A stretch of DNA of 64,000 nucleotides from Mobula hypostoma. Taxonomy: Eukaryota. Below the pieces are notes generated by a model. The model saw only the letters and a list, made by a program, of their open reading frames with translations, ran no database searches and was not told the origin of the DNA. The position numbers and the translations under genes were made by a program. The DNA is taken from NCBI RefSeq assembly GCF_963921235.1, contig NC_086097.1:120096001-120160000 (forward strand), read 5' to 3'. Below are positions 1-12,499 of this stretch, in pieces. Each line of letters opens with the position of its first letter. Position 1 is the first letter of the stretch.

Positions 1-319
1 TCAGGATCTCCATACTTTCCGCCCAGGCTTGTGATGATGATCATCACCCATTGTCCTTTGAGACCGACTGGATGTACATAAAGTGACCCTAGATACAGGA
101 GTATCTGTATATAAAGTAATTCTGACAGGAAATGATAACGTATTGGTGTGAGGGGTGTGCTGAGGTGGAAGTGTTGATCAGCCTGATGGCTTGGGGGAAG
201 TAACACAAACAATAAGAATAAAGAAAACAATTTAAAAAAGCATGAAATGACAACAAATCAATATAAAAGCAATCCTATAAAACACACTGTACAAACAATT
301 GTTAATACATAGACTGTTT

Positions 320-1010
320 ATTTTGAATTCAATTGACTTTATTTCTTATGTCCTTCACATACATCAGGAGTAAAAATCTTTACGTTATGTCTCCATCTAA
401 ATGTGCAATTGAAATTATAGTAATTTATAATAAATAGAACAGTCAATGTAATATAGAGTACATTCAAGTCAGCGTGATTTCATCAGTCTGATGGCCTGGT
501 GGAAGAAGCTGTCCCGGAGCCTGTTGGTCCTGGCCCTCATGCTGCGGTACCATTTCCCGGATGGTAGCAGCTGGAATAAGTTGTGGTTGGGATGGCTTTG
601 GTCCTCAATGATCTTACGGGCCCTTTTTACACACCTGTCTTTATGAATGTCCTGAATCATGGAAAGTTCACAACTACAGTAGCTGTAGCTGGGCTGTCCA
701 CACCACTCTCTGCAGAGTCCTGTGATTAAGAAGAGTACAGTTCCATACTAGGCAGTGATGCAGCCAGTCGGGATGCTCTCAACCGTGCCGCTGTAGAAAG
801 TTCTTAGGATTTGGGGGCTCATACCAAACTTCCTCAAATGTCTGAGGTGAAAGAGGCGCTGTTGTGGACAGACCATGTGAGGTCCTCGGTGATGTGGACA
901 CCAGGGAACTTGAAGCTGTTTACCCTCTCAACCCCAGATCCATTGATGTCAATAGGGGTTAGCCTGTCTCCATTCCTCCTGTAATCCACAACCAGCTCCT
1001 TTGTTTTTGC
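320..1010 (-). mobile_element. Rex/Babar-type LINE, 5'-truncated, RT C-terminus plus 3' UTR
   Basis: ORFs 834-1019 (KTKELVVDYRR...SFKFPGVHITEDLTWS) and 469-660 (HPNHNLFQLLPSGK..RS..ARTNRLRDSFFHQAIRLM) are typical Rex1/Babar C-terminal motifs; ends approximate. Confidence 0.85.
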
Positions 1011-2116
1011 ATATGACAAATAAAGCTAATTTTGATGTTTAATCTTTTTCTTTTCTTTGCCCCCAGATCATTCCAGACAAATGCAGCAAGCATCAGTCAC
1101 AGTTCCCAATTTGTAGCCAAGCATGATGAAGGTGATATATGTTTTCTTCTCAAAATTTGGAAGGTTCTTCTCCTCTGTTTGGTTTGGATTTCAAGCAGAG
1201 AATGAATCATGGTATAGAAATTCTGCAGAATCTCCCTCAACACTTGAATGCGCTGTGACTATTGACAAGAAATTAAAAAGGTCATTTCACTGATTTAACT
1301 TTACAGGTGTCCCCCGCTTTTCTAACGTTTGCTTTACGAAACCTCACTGTTGCGAAAGACCTACATTTGTACCCTGTTTTCGCTAACAGAAGGTGTTTTC
1401 ACTGTTGCGAAAAAAAAGCAGCGCGCGGGGAAAATCAGCGCGCGATAAAAGGCAGCACGCGCCCCAAGCAGCCGCTCCCCCCCCCCCCCCCCGGATTCGG
1501 AACGGGTCTCACCGTCATTGCTGAAACACGTGCCTGTGAGCAGTCGTTAACAAGATGAGTTCTGAGGTATCGGAAAAGCCTAAAAGAGCTCGTAAGGGTG
1601 TTACACTTAGTGTAAAACTAGACATAATTAAGCGTTTCGATCATGGTGAACGAAGTAAGGACTAAGTGAGTTTGGCTTGTGGAAGTTGACGAAGATGATG
1701 TTGAAGAGGTTTTGGCATCCCATGACCAAACATTGATAGATGAAGAGCTGATGCAATTGGAAGAGGAGAGGATAACAATCGAAACCGAATGCAGTGGCGA
1801 ACGGACCAAAGGTGACTGTGTGAGATTTTCGCTGCAATGATAAGGTACGGCTTTAATTTTGAAAGGGTACATAGGTTTAGGGGATATTTACAGGATGGTT
1901 TGAGTCCTTATAAAGAACTGTATGATAGAAAAATGCTCGAGGCTCAGCAGTCAAGCAAGCCTTCCGCATCAGCCACAGCAGACGACGAACCTCGACCTTC
2001 GACATCGAGGCAGGCAGTCACAGGAGAAGATGAGCTGCCTGCTCTAATGGAAACAGACGACGAGGTGACACCCCAGTGTCCCACCACCCCGTGATTCGCG
2101 AAGAACGCAGCTTTAG

Positions 2117-2744
2117 CAGACATCCCACCCTGCTAAAACTCATTTCTGGGAGGTAGCACCATCAATTTGTGGGAGACTCCCAGAACTTCCAGGAGAGGTG
2201 GGATGTCTGCAATAGAGTAGCTCCTTAGCAGCTAGCCAGCTAGTTTAAATAACGTTAGCTATGCTAATGAACGAATGACACCTGTTAAACTCACCTCAAC
2301 ATGTCTTTTACAGTCTTAACCCACCATGGGCAATAGAAAAGTCACTGTTACAAACAGTGCAGCGAGCAACACTGTCATTAATTTTGACCCCTATTAGGCA
2401 GGGGTACACTTTAGTGTAGTCTGGGGTGACGCACGTTTTATATTTTCTTTTGTTTTGGAACACTCTGCAATGGCGTGCTCTCACTCTCTCTCTCGCTTGC
2501 TCTCTCTCTTGCTCTCTCTCTCGATCGCGCGCTCTCGCTTACTTTCTCTCTCTCTCTCTTGCTCTCTCTCACTTGCTCGCTCTTTCGTGCTCTTGCTTAC
2601 TTTCTCTCTCTCTCTCTCTTGCTTTCTCTCCCTTCCTCTCAAAAAAATTGATTTCCATGATATTGTATGTAATTTGCGGGCATCAGGGAGCCACTATTAA
2701 TATGCCGGAGACACCTGGAACTTCCGGGAGAGGTGGGATGTCTA
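2117..2744. mobile_element. Possible hAT-like MITE nested in the Tigger remnant
   Basis: Inverted termini CAGACATCCCACC (2117) / GGTGGGATGTCT (2197-2208 and 2732-2743) with repeated subterminal GGAGAC..GAACTTCC.GGAGAGG; no clean TSD. Confidence 0.45.
2478..2640. repeat. Imperfect (CT)n microsatellite
   Basis: Direct inspection. Confidence 0.9.
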
Positions 2745-4090
2745 CGGTAGCCAGGAGGCACACAGCACATCTTTAAGAAAAAAGCCAAGATAAACATTCT
2801 ATTTAAACATGCATCCCAGCATCCAGGACATCTTCAAGAAGCGATGTCTCAAAAAGGCGGCATCCATCATTAAGGGCACCCATCACCCAGCACTCTGACT
2901 GGCCAACAGGTAGATTTTGGCTGATGAAGATATCTGATCAAGTGAATGCTTCAGTTCCAGGCAGAAGGCACATAGACCCACTTATAAAACATTGAAGAGT
3001 TTGAAGCGTGGAATGGACTAAAAATGTGCTCTAGTACACATTGGAGAGATTACCTCTCTCTTAAGTGTTACTTCGTGTGCCCAGCACAACTATGCTATTG
3101 TGCAGACACAGTTTTTACTTGTAGCACTATGACAGAATAAGGAACAAGTTGAGAAATGGGAAAAGAAGGTGGCAAAACGTTGTGGTAATATTGAGCAAGA
3201 TCTCTCGACATGCTGTCAATCTCTTCTTTAAATACACCCAATGACATGGCCTCCACAGCTATCTGAGGCAATGAATTCCATAGATTCTCCATCCTTGCCA
3301 ATGTTGAACATGAAGTAGATGGAATTCAGGTACAGACTGGCAAGTGGAAGCAAATATAGCCCAGCTTCAGAATCCAGCACTTAGGGTTATGTGGCAGCAT
3401 TCTGGTTTAAGAATCAAGAGTAAGGTTGCATAAGGGGGAAGCATTAAGGGAGAGATTCACATTGATGCCATTCACAATTCATATAAAGTCATCTGTAGCT
3501 CTAAGGGTTTGTGATATTAAAGGGCATTGGGGCATGCAAATTATTTGTGAGCATATTTTTATTTTCAGTGATCTTTCAGTGACTGTCCATGGACCTTCTA
3601 AATCATTGAGCTGCTGATTAATATGACTCTCTGCTGTAGTGGCCTCTGGTGTGTAATCTTTTTCCAGGGGAAAGGAGAAAGATGTAAATTTGTGGTTTGC
3701 AATGTGTCTTATTGATAAGCCTGCCCTGGATCCCCAGAACGTGTGAGGTATGATGAGAGCAATGGGAGGGGTGTAAAGATATGTGTGATATACAGTGTAA
3801 GTGCTGGGGAGATGACTGTTCATTGTAATAATTTTTGGAGTGTTCATTTAATGGGATTTGAGATTTAGAACACAGAACAATACAGCACAGTACAGGTCCT
3901 TCAGCCCACAATGTTATGTCAGCCTTTCAACCTCATCTAAGACTAGTCTAAACTTTCTGTCATACATAGCCAGCCACTCTCTGTCATCCGTATCCTAATT
4001 CATCGGGAATTGAGCAGTGCCTGGTCATAAAGACCGTATTTGCAGTCTACGGTGTAGCCTGGGTTTACATAAAGCATTATTATATGGAAT

Positions 4091-4645
4091 TAGACAATAG
4101 ACAATAGGTGCAGGATTAGGCCGTTCAGCTCTTCGAGCCAGCACCACCATTCACTGTGATCATGGCTGATCATCCACAATCAGTTTCCAGTTCCTGCCTT
4201 ATCCCCATAACCTTTGATTCCACTATCTTTAAGATATCTTTAAGATTCCGCTCTCTTTCTTGAAAACATCCAGAGACTTGGCCTCCACAGCCTTCTGGGG
4301 CAGAGCATTCCATACATCCACCACTCTCTGGGTGAAAAAGTTTTTCCCCAACTCTGTTCTAAATGGCCTACCCCTTATTCTTAAACTGTGGCCTCTGGTT
4401 CTGGATTCACCCATCAGCAGGAACATGCTTCCTGCCTCCAGCATGTCCAATCCCTTAATAATCTTATATGTTTCAATAAGATCCCCTCTCAGCCTTCTAA
4501 ATTCCAGAGTATACAAGCCCAGTCGCCCCAATCTTTCGACATATGACAGTCCCGCCATCCCGGGAATTAACCTTGTGAACCTACGCTGCACTCCCTCAAT
4601 AGCAAGAATGTCCTTCCTCAAATTTGGAGACCAAAACTGCACACA
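4091..4645 (-). mobile_element. CR1 LINE 3' end (young family)
   Basis: ORF 4229-4684 CVQFWSPNLRKDILAIEGVQRRFTRLIPG...TRGHSLRI; (TAGACAA) tail on +; nearly identical to 33907-34450. Confidence 0.95.
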
Positions 4646-5109
4646 AAATGGAAATAAAAAAGCATAAGTGACAAAAGACAACAAAGTGACCAGAAAGGTA
4701 AGATTTTACTGAACATCAAACGTAAACACAAAACGATGACAAATCCTTCATAATATTTGATTTAATGGGTATAGTCAACAGCACAAGGACAGCCACTCTG
4801 TAAAAGGTAGTCAAGGTGATTCATTTGAAGAAGCAGTCACTTCCCTTAACCCTGACACTAAAGTGCTGCGATTCACAAGCTTCATTCACAACACCTGCTG
4901 GATAACACCTCACACTCATGTCAAACTTAAATAAACCAACAAAATATTCTGAAATGCTGAGACTCAAGTTTCATTATCAATGGACCAATATGATATAACC
5001 TTCCTGAATGACAGAATTTCTTAGGTTTTCTGAATGTTGTTCTACTGACCATTCTTAAAGTTTTGGTGTCCATATTTAAGAGGGGGGAGCTTTACAGATG
5101 TTAAAAGAG

Positions 5110-5445
5110 GTGGAACAGTAGTGTAGTGGTTAGTATAACTCGTTACAGTGTGAGCTGTATGTTGAGTGTTCAATTCTCTCTGCTGTCTGTAAGGAGTCCA
5201 TACATTCTCACCATGACCGCATGGATTTCCTCCAGATGCTCCAAGTTCCTCCCATAATCCAAAGATGTATGGGTTAAGGTTAGCAGATTCTGAGCATGCT
5301 ATATTAGTGCCGTAAGCATGGCAGCATTTTCAGGCTGTCCCCAGCCCATCTTCGGACTGTGCTGGTTGTTGATGCAAATAGCGCATTTCGCTGTATGTTT
5401 TTTTGTTTTGACGTACATGTGACAAACAAAGCTAATCTTTATCTA
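5110..5445 (+). mobile_element. tRNA-derived V-SINE (HE1-like)
   Basis: tRNA-like head (TAGTGTAGTGGTTAG...GTTCAATTC) and V-domain-like GGATTTCCTCCAGATGCTCC.AGTTCCTCCCA.AATCCAAAGA; tail GTGACAAACAAAGCTAATCT. Confidence 0.75.
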
Positions 5446-5870
5446 TAATAAGACCCTATGTAAACCTAAATTACACCAGCGACTGTAACTATAGCTTTTT
5501 GACCAGAAACTGCTCAAATCCTGAAAAAAACGTAGCAAGAAGAATCGTAGCAAGGAGAGTAGCAAAAGCAGAATTTTCTTCCAGAGCTGATGGCTTCAAT
5601 GGTCAATCTACAAGAAAGGTTGACAAGCCTCCCAATAAGTCATGTCATTGTTAGGTTAGGTCGTCTGTGTGATATGTCTCAGAAAATAGCACTGGCTACA
5701 TGCTTTAATATCTATAATAAGATGGAATACAAATTTCTGGTATAAGATATATCAAAGCAAAAAAAAGAAAGTTAAACAACAGGAATTCTGCAGATGCTGG
5801 AAATTCAAGCAACACACATAAAAGTTGCTGGTGAACACAGCAGGCCAGGCAGCATCTCTAGGAAGAGGTG

Positions 5871-5912
5871 CAGTCGACGTTTCAGGCCGAGACCCTTCGT
5901 CAGGACTAACTG
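5871..5912 (-). ncRNA. Minimal type I hammerhead ribozyme motif
   Basis: Minus strand reads CAGUUAGUC-CUGACGA-AGGGUCUCGGCCU-GAAA-CG-UC-GACUG: intact core, stem I AGUC/GACU, stem II AGG/CCU, self-complementary ACGU at stem III. Confidence 0.85.
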
Positions 5913-5933
5913 AAGGAAGAGTCACTCTTCCTT

Positions 5934-5975
5934 CAGTTAGTCCTGACGAAGGGTCTCAGCCTGAAACGTCGACTG
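5934..5975 (+). ncRNA. Minimal type I hammerhead ribozyme motif
   Basis: CTGACGA 5943-5949, GAAA 5963-5966, predicted GUC cleavage after 5970, stem I AGTC/GACT. Confidence 0.85.
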
Positions 5976-7389
5976 CACCTCTTCCTAGAGATGCTGCCTG
6001 GCCTGCTGCGTTCACCAAAAAGAAAGTTAATCCATCTTACGGGTGCAAATGTTAGTAAAAGAACATTTTTGTCCAGAATTACCCAGCTTCTCCATTGGGC
6101 TTTCAACCTAGTTGACATATTAAATAAAAGGCTCCATGTCTTTTTATGCCCTAGTGAAAGATCCCACAGCATTAATCAAAGAAGAGCGAATCCTTTCCAT
6201 ATTGTTCTTATAACTGTTTCTATAAAAGGATTATCTCGTTATTTCCCTCAATGGACCACATTATTTAAATTGACTGCTACATTTCCTTACTTTGCAACCA
6301 TGACTACATTTCAAAATTAGGATATTGACTGTGACATGCTTTGTAATAATCTCTGGTTGTCAAAGGCATTTTATAAATTCATTTGAGAGACCACTCTATG
6401 AAATAGAAACACTGCGGTCTAAGGTAGAATTTCCTGTGTACGTGTGTTTTCCTTCAGAATTCATGTTTTAATGAAATGCTGGTATATCTCCTTTCTCTTA
6501 CATATGCTTTGTTCAAAACTCCTTTTGCTACATTTCAGCAGGAATCATAAAGACTGCAGTTACAGTCAAAGGTATAATTAGGGTTTACATAAGGCATTAT
6601 AGCTTTTATCAACTACAAAGTTCTCCAAGTTAAATATAGACACAGTGAAATATGCTTTTGACACAATCTTCTGAAATTTTTAGAAATGCTTTGGTTAGTA
6701 GTGCAATAGTCAGAAATTTTAAATTTAGTCATTCAGGGAAGTTATATCATATTGTCTATTGGCAGAAGAAGTTAAGTATAACAGCTACAAAATACTTTGT
6801 AGGTTCATTTCAGATTGACATGAACAAGAGGTTGTACAGTGGATGTTGTGAATTAATCTTTTGAACCACCACACTTGAGTGTCAGGGTCAAGATAAGTCA
6901 ATAGTTCTTCATACGTCCTGTGCCTTATCTTGCATCATCTACTTCCCATCACGACCAGGATCAGACTCTATCCATTCAAGACTCATGCCTATTATTTATA
7001 TGCTTCACCACGCCCTCAAAAACCTATCTCTGCTATAAACCTCACACCCATAAATCACAGCTTCACTGCATGGCCAGTTTTTCAACCATAGTAGATGTAT
7101 TATTCAAGACACATTGCAAAATATTTGCTGGTACACTTTCATCTCCAGTAATACAAACCGGTGCATAATTGTGGAGAGCAGCAACTGAGAAACAAAACTT
7201 TCTTCATCCACTTCAACTCTTTAAGGAGACAGTGCTGGCTACCATTGGAAAACCATCACTGACACCATGGTCAAAAGAGAATCTGAACAGATGGAAACTG
7301 AAGATATACTTTCATGTAATTGTCTTTCTCATAGACCACTTCCCACTCATGCAATTCTAACAGACTAAATAGGTGCAGATGATCTAAGA

Positions 7390-7985
7390 GTCAGAATCAG
7401 AGACATTATTGTCACTGACATATATTGTGAAATATGTTACTTTGCAGCAACAGTACAGAGCAATACATAAAATATACTATCAATTACAATCAAAATATAT
7501 TAAAAGCTTAAATAGGTTGTACAAAAAGGAGAGCAAAAATTGTAAAGTAGTGCATGGGTTCATTGTCCATTCTGAAAACAGACGATGGAGGGGAAGAAGC
7601 TGTTCCTAAAATGTCGAGTATGTGTTCTCAGAGTCCTATACCTCTTCCCTCATGATAATAATGAGAAGAGAGCATATCATGGGTGCTGGGTGTCCTTGAT
7701 AATGGATACGGCCTTTTTGAGGCATTACCTTTTATAGATGCCCACGATGATGGTGAGGCTAGTGCCCATGAAGGAGCTGGCAGAGTTTGCAACTTTCTGG
7801 AGCTTTTTACAATCCTTTGCTGTGGCTCTTCCATACTAGATTGTAATATAACCAGTAAGAATACTCTCCTCAGTACATCTCTGGAAATTTGCTATAGTCT
7901 TTGGTGATATACCCAATCTCCTCAAACTCTTAATTAAATTTTCACCACTGGAGTGCGTTCTTCATAATTGCATCAATATATAGTG
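7390..7985 (-). mobile_element. Degenerate Rex/Babar LINE 3' fragment
   Basis: Frameshifted C-terminal motifs on the minus strand (SIIKDTQHP.H.LFSLL..GRRYR) followed by 3' UTR. Confidence 0.7.
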
Positions 7986-8069
7986 CCAGGAAAGATCTTC
8001 AGGAATGTTCAGATAAGAATACACTTCCTAATTTTTCTCCGGCCTCCTTTCTCTAGATAGTAATTTCTG

Positions 8070-9577
8070 GATTGCTGCCACAAGGTTCTTAAGTCACCCG
8101 GACCAGGTGAACTGCACCCTAGGGTTCTTAAAGAGGTAGCGCTGGAGACTGAGGAAGCATTAACAATGATCCTTCAAAAATCAATGGACTCTGGTATGGT
8201 GCCAGAGGACTGGAAAATTACAAATATTACTCCACTCTTTAAGAAAAGAGGAAGGCAGCTGAAAGGAAATTATAGACCAGTTAGCTTGACCTCAGTGGCT
8301 GGGAAGATGTTGGAGTCAATTGTTAAGGATGAGAGTATGGAGTATTTGGCGACAAAGGGCAAGATAAAGGGGATGCAGAGGATGTTGTACATTTGGACTT
8401 TCAGAAGGCTTTTGACAAGGTGCCACACATGAAGCTGCTTACCAAGTTAAGAGCCCATGGTATTACAGGGAAGCTACTGTCATGGTTAGAGAAATGGCTG
8501 ATTGGTAGGAGACAGCGAGTGGGAATAAAAGGATCTTTGTCCGGTTGGCTGCTAGTGACTAGTGGTGTTCCACAGGAGTCGGTGCTGGGACCGCTTATTT
8601 TTATGCTGTATATTAATGTTTTAGATAATGGAGTAGATGACTTTGTTGCCAAGTTTGCAGATGATACAGAGATTGGTGGAGGGGCAGGTAGTGTTGAGGA
8701 AACAGGTAGGCTGCAGAAGGACTTAGACAGATTAGGAGAATAGGCAAGAAAGTGGCAAATGTGATACTATGTTGGAAAATGCAAGGTCATGCACTTTGGT
8801 AGTAGAAATAAATGTGCAGACTATTTTCTAAATTGGGAGAAAATCCAAAAATCTGAGATGCAATGGGACTTGGGAGTCCTTGTGAAAAACATACTAAAGG
8901 CTAACTTGCAGGTTGAGTTGGTGATGGAAAAGGCAAATGTAATGTTAGCATTCATTTTAAGAGGTCTTGAATACAAGAGCAGGGATGTGATGTTGAGCCT
9001 TATAAGGCACTAGTGAGGTCGCATCTTGAGTATCGTGAGCAGTTTTTGGTTCCTCATCTAAGAAAAGATGTGCTGGCATTGGAGAGAGTCCAGAGGTGAT
9101 TCATGGAGATGATTGGGGAATGAAAGGGTTATCATATAAGGAATGTTTGATGGTCTCACTGGAAATTGGAAGGATGAGGGGGATCTTATTGAAAACTTTA
9201 GAATGTTGAAAGGCCTAGATGGAGTAAATGTGCAAAGGAAGTTTCCCATGGTGTGGGGGTCTAGGACAAGAGTGCAGAGCCTTAGGATAGAGAAGCATCC
9301 ATTTAAAACAGAGATCTGCAGAAATTACTTTTGCCAGGGTGTGGTGAATTTGTGGAATTTGTTACCACAGGAAGTTGTGGAGGCCAGGTTGTTAGGTATG
9401 TTTAAGGCAGAACTTTATAGCTTCTTGATGGAACACGGCATCAAAAGTTACAGGAAAAGGCCTGGAAATAGGTTTGAGGAGGGCCGAGGGGAGAAAGGAT
9501 CAGCTGTGATTGAATGGTGGAGCAGACTCGATGGACTAATTGACTTAATTCTGCTCCTATGTCTTAAAGTCTTATTG
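8070..9577 (+). mobile_element. Degenerate CR1 LINE (RT to 3' UTR)
   Basis: Fragments VPEDWK..NYRPVSLTS, DFQKAFDKVPH, SGVPQ.SVLGP, KFADDT, NLWN.LP; multiple stops and frameshifts. Confidence 0.92.
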
Positions 9578-9639
9578 TCTTCCCTTCCCGAAAATCCAAC
9601 CTGATGTAGTTATTCCTACAGGGAATCAAGAATGCAACT

Positions 9640-11900
9640 TACCCCGGTGGTTGATAAATAGTCAGTAAATGAGGGCTTCTATTGGTCTGAATTGACTGTG
9701 AATATTGTATCCTAGCTGTCTAGATATGCAAGCCTGGGCAGTACGATATGGAGGGCAAGCTGTTGCCCATGTAACAAGCTCCCTCTCTCCATGTAACTGA
9801 TGAACCCAAAGAAATGGCAGAGACCGATACAGTTTGGTACCAGCAGTTTTGCAGGGGTCGCCAGTCAGTAATGAGCTAAGTAATGAGCTGCCTTAGGGAC
9901 TCCAGATCAGGGTTTACTGCCAAAGCCTTCCCTATGAGCGGGTACAGTCGCAAAACAGTGGAGGTTTGAGATCAGTGTTTTCCTTCTCCTTGATGAGCTG
10001 CCAACCACAGCTCATGAACCCCATCTGCCCGAAGCAACTGAGGAGGACATAAATAATCTTCCAGAAATAGTAGGGACAGAGGGTCCAGTGAGATGGAGGA
10101 ACTGAGGGAAATACATGTTAGTAGGGAAGTGGTGTTAGGTAAATTGAAGGGATTAAAGGCAGATAAATCCCCAGGGCCAGATGGTCTGCATCCCAGAGTG
10201 CTTAAGGAAGTAGCCCAAGAAATAGTGGATGCATTAGTGATAATTTTTCAAAACTCTTTAGATTCTGGACTAGTTCCTGAGGATTGGAGGGTGGCTAATG
10301 TAACCCCACTTTTTAAAAAAGGAGGGAGAGAGAAACCGGGGAATTATAGACCGGTTAGCCTAACATCGGTGGTGGGGAAAATGCTAGAGTCAGTTATCAA
10401 AGATGTGATAACAGTACATTTGGAAAGCGGTGAAATCATCGGACAAAGTCCGCATGGATTTGTGAAAGGAAAATCATGTCTGACGAAACTCATGGAATTT
10501 TTTGAGGATGTAACTAGTAGAGTGGATAGGGGAGAACCAGTGGATGTGGTATATTTGTATTTCCAAAAGGCTTTTGACAAGGTCCCACATAGGAGATTAG
10601 TGTGCAAACTTAAAGCATATGGCATTGATGTGGATAGAGAATTGGTTGGCAGACAGGAAGCAAAGAGTGGGAATAAACGGGACCTTTACAGAATGGCAGG
10701 CAGTGACTAGTGGGGTACCGCAAGGCTCAGTGCTGGGACCCCTGTTGTTTACAATATATATTAATGACTTAGATAAGGGAATTAAATGCAGCATCTCCAA
10801 GTTTGCGGATGACACGAAGCTGGGCGGCAGTGTTAGTTGTGAAAGGATGCTAAGAGGAAGCAGAGTGACTTGGATAGATTAGGTGAGTGGGCAAATTCAT
10901 GGCAGATGCAATTTAATGTGGATAAATGTGAGGTTATCCACTTTGCTGGCAAAAACAGGAAAACAGATTATTATCCAGATTATTATCTGAATGGTGGCCG
11001 ATTAGGAAAAGAGGAGGTGCAACGAGACCTGGGTGTCATTATACACCAGTCATTGAAAGTGGACATGCAGATACAGCAGGCGGTGAAAAAGGCGAATGGT
11101 ATGCTGGCGTTCATAGCAAGAGGATTCGAGTACAGGAGCAGGGAGGTACTACTGCAGTTGTACAAGGCCTTAGTGAGACCATACCTGGAGTATTGTGTGC
11201 AGTTTTGGTCCCCTAATCTGAGGAAAGACATCCTTGCCATAGAGGGAGTACAAAGAAGGTTCACCAGATTGATTCCTGGGATGGCAGGACTTTCATATGA
11301 TGAAAGACTGGATCAACTAGGCTTATACTCATTGGAATTTAGAAGATTGAGGGGGGATCTTATTGAAATGTATAAAATCCTAAAGGGATTGGACAGGCTA
11401 GATGCAGGAAGATTGTTCCCGATGTTGGGGACGTCCAGAATGAGGGGTCACAGTTTGAGGATAAAGGGGAAGCCTTTTAGGACCGAGATTAGGAAAAACT
11501 TCTTCACACAGGGAGTGGTGAATCTGTGGAATTCTCTGCCACAGGAAACAGTTGAGGCCAGTTCATTGGCTATATTTAAGAGGGAGTTAGATATGGCCCT
11601 TGTGGCTAAAGGGATCAGGGGGTATGGAGGGAAGGCTGGTACAGGGTTATGAGTGGGATGATCAGCTACGATCATACTGAATGGCGGTGCAGGCGCGAAG
11701 GGCCGAATGGCCTACTTCTGCACCTATTTTCTATGTTTCTATGTTTTAAGGCATCAATAGCCCAACCTTGCACCTTTTCGCATCAGTAGAAACAGTTCTG
11801 CTGGGCATAGTAGCTAAGCCACACATGAATGTCAGGAACTGGATTTAGTTATCAGAGGGTGTTTGAGGCACACGCTATTGGGATAATTTAATAGATGGTG
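9640..11900 (-). mobile_element. Non-coding repeat, probably RTE-related, split by the CR1 at 10040-11746
   Basis: 9720-9870 is homologous to the body of the SINE at 56362-56678 (GTTGCCCATG..CAAG..CCC.CTCTCCA...ATACAG.TTGG.ACCA); flanks appear to rejoin across the CR1; RTE assignment is inference. Confidence 0.5.
10040..11746 (+). mobile_element. CR1 LINE, 5'-truncated, RT domain with few frameshifts
   Basis: ORFs 10093-10710, 10619-10882, 10870-11652 ([24 protein letters not shown]); (CTATGTTT) tail. Confidence 0.95.
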
Positions 11901-12499
11901 GGAGCTTGTCCCAATTACCATCCCCAGCTATAAAGACCTTAAGGAACCACATAAATAATGTGTAAAGAAAAGGATATGCCATCACTCTGTACATTCCTGG
12001 TACAGACACTGACACCGGGCATGATTTGGAGATCAGCATGTGGTAAAATACTTGCAAGAGTGGCCTATAGTCAGGACAGAACAAAAGGACAACACAGGAA
12101 GCATAAGGAGGCATGTGAATCCTGTGCCAAGGGACACAGAAGAGGGTTTCATAGGAACAGTCCATAGAAGATGGATGGCTATGCATTCTGAACCACTTAA
12201 CACACTGGCTGGTGTACCAGAAAGACTGTGCGCAGTTTCATGGAAAAGCTTGGAACTAAATGTTAAAATTTGTGTAGAATTTTAAGGTGAGCAGAGAAAA
12301 GTGTAGGGGAGATATCAGAGGGAAGGTTTTTTTTTTGCAGAAGGCGGTGAGCGCTTGGAAGCCAGGGTAAGGGTACAGGAAGATACGTTAGGAACATCTT
12401 AGGATACTTTTAAATGGGCACGTGGATGATAGAAAAATGCAAGAAGGATCTTAAGAGTAGGTTAAAAGCTCGCACAGCATTGTGGGCCAAAGGAGCCAA

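Larger units (their letters stand above)
1304..2790 (+). mobile_element. Internally deleted Tigger/pogo DNA transposon
   Basis: TA|CAGGTGTCCCCCG left end; from ~1555 reads MSSEVSEKPKRARKGVTLSVKLDIIKRFDHGERSKD (CENP-B-type HTH), then jumps to acidic C-terminal VEVDEDDVEEVLASHDQTLIDEELMQLEEE; no DDD domain; right TIR not found, right end approximate. Confidence 0.8.
5776..6016. mobile_element. Penelope-derived fold-back mini-element (inverted pLTR ends only)
   Basis: 93-bp inverted arms 5830-5922/5924-6016 centred on 5923; 14-bp TSD AAAAAGAAAGTTAA (5762-5775, 6017-6030); same sequence as the termini of 17036-18277. Confidence 0.9.

Noticed and set aside
1067..1131. Possible + strand exon (pyrimidine tract-CAG ... 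GAAG|GTGATA)
   Set aside because: Weak donor, tract abuts a repeat tail, peptide unrecognisable
2426..2776. Hydrophobic Leu/Ser-rich ORFs
   Set aside because: Translation of the (CT)n microsatellite
4016..4072. H/ACA snoRNA-like hairpin ending in ACA
   Set aside because: No proper H box or 5' hairpin; the paralogous copies at ~5455 and ~6545 do not keep the fold and lie on opposite strands
6641..6669. RSS-like CACAGTG plus ACACAATCT
   Set aside because: 13-nt spacer, poor nonamer, no V/D/J coding segment nearby
9797..9830. CTGATGA hammerhead-like core (also at ~48790)
   Set aside because: No stem II/GAAA/stem III arrangement follows
11780..11880. Possible HDV-like ribozyme at the 5' end of the RTE-related repeat (minus strand)
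   Set aside because: I could not build a convincing nested double pseudoknot by eye from this degenerate copy
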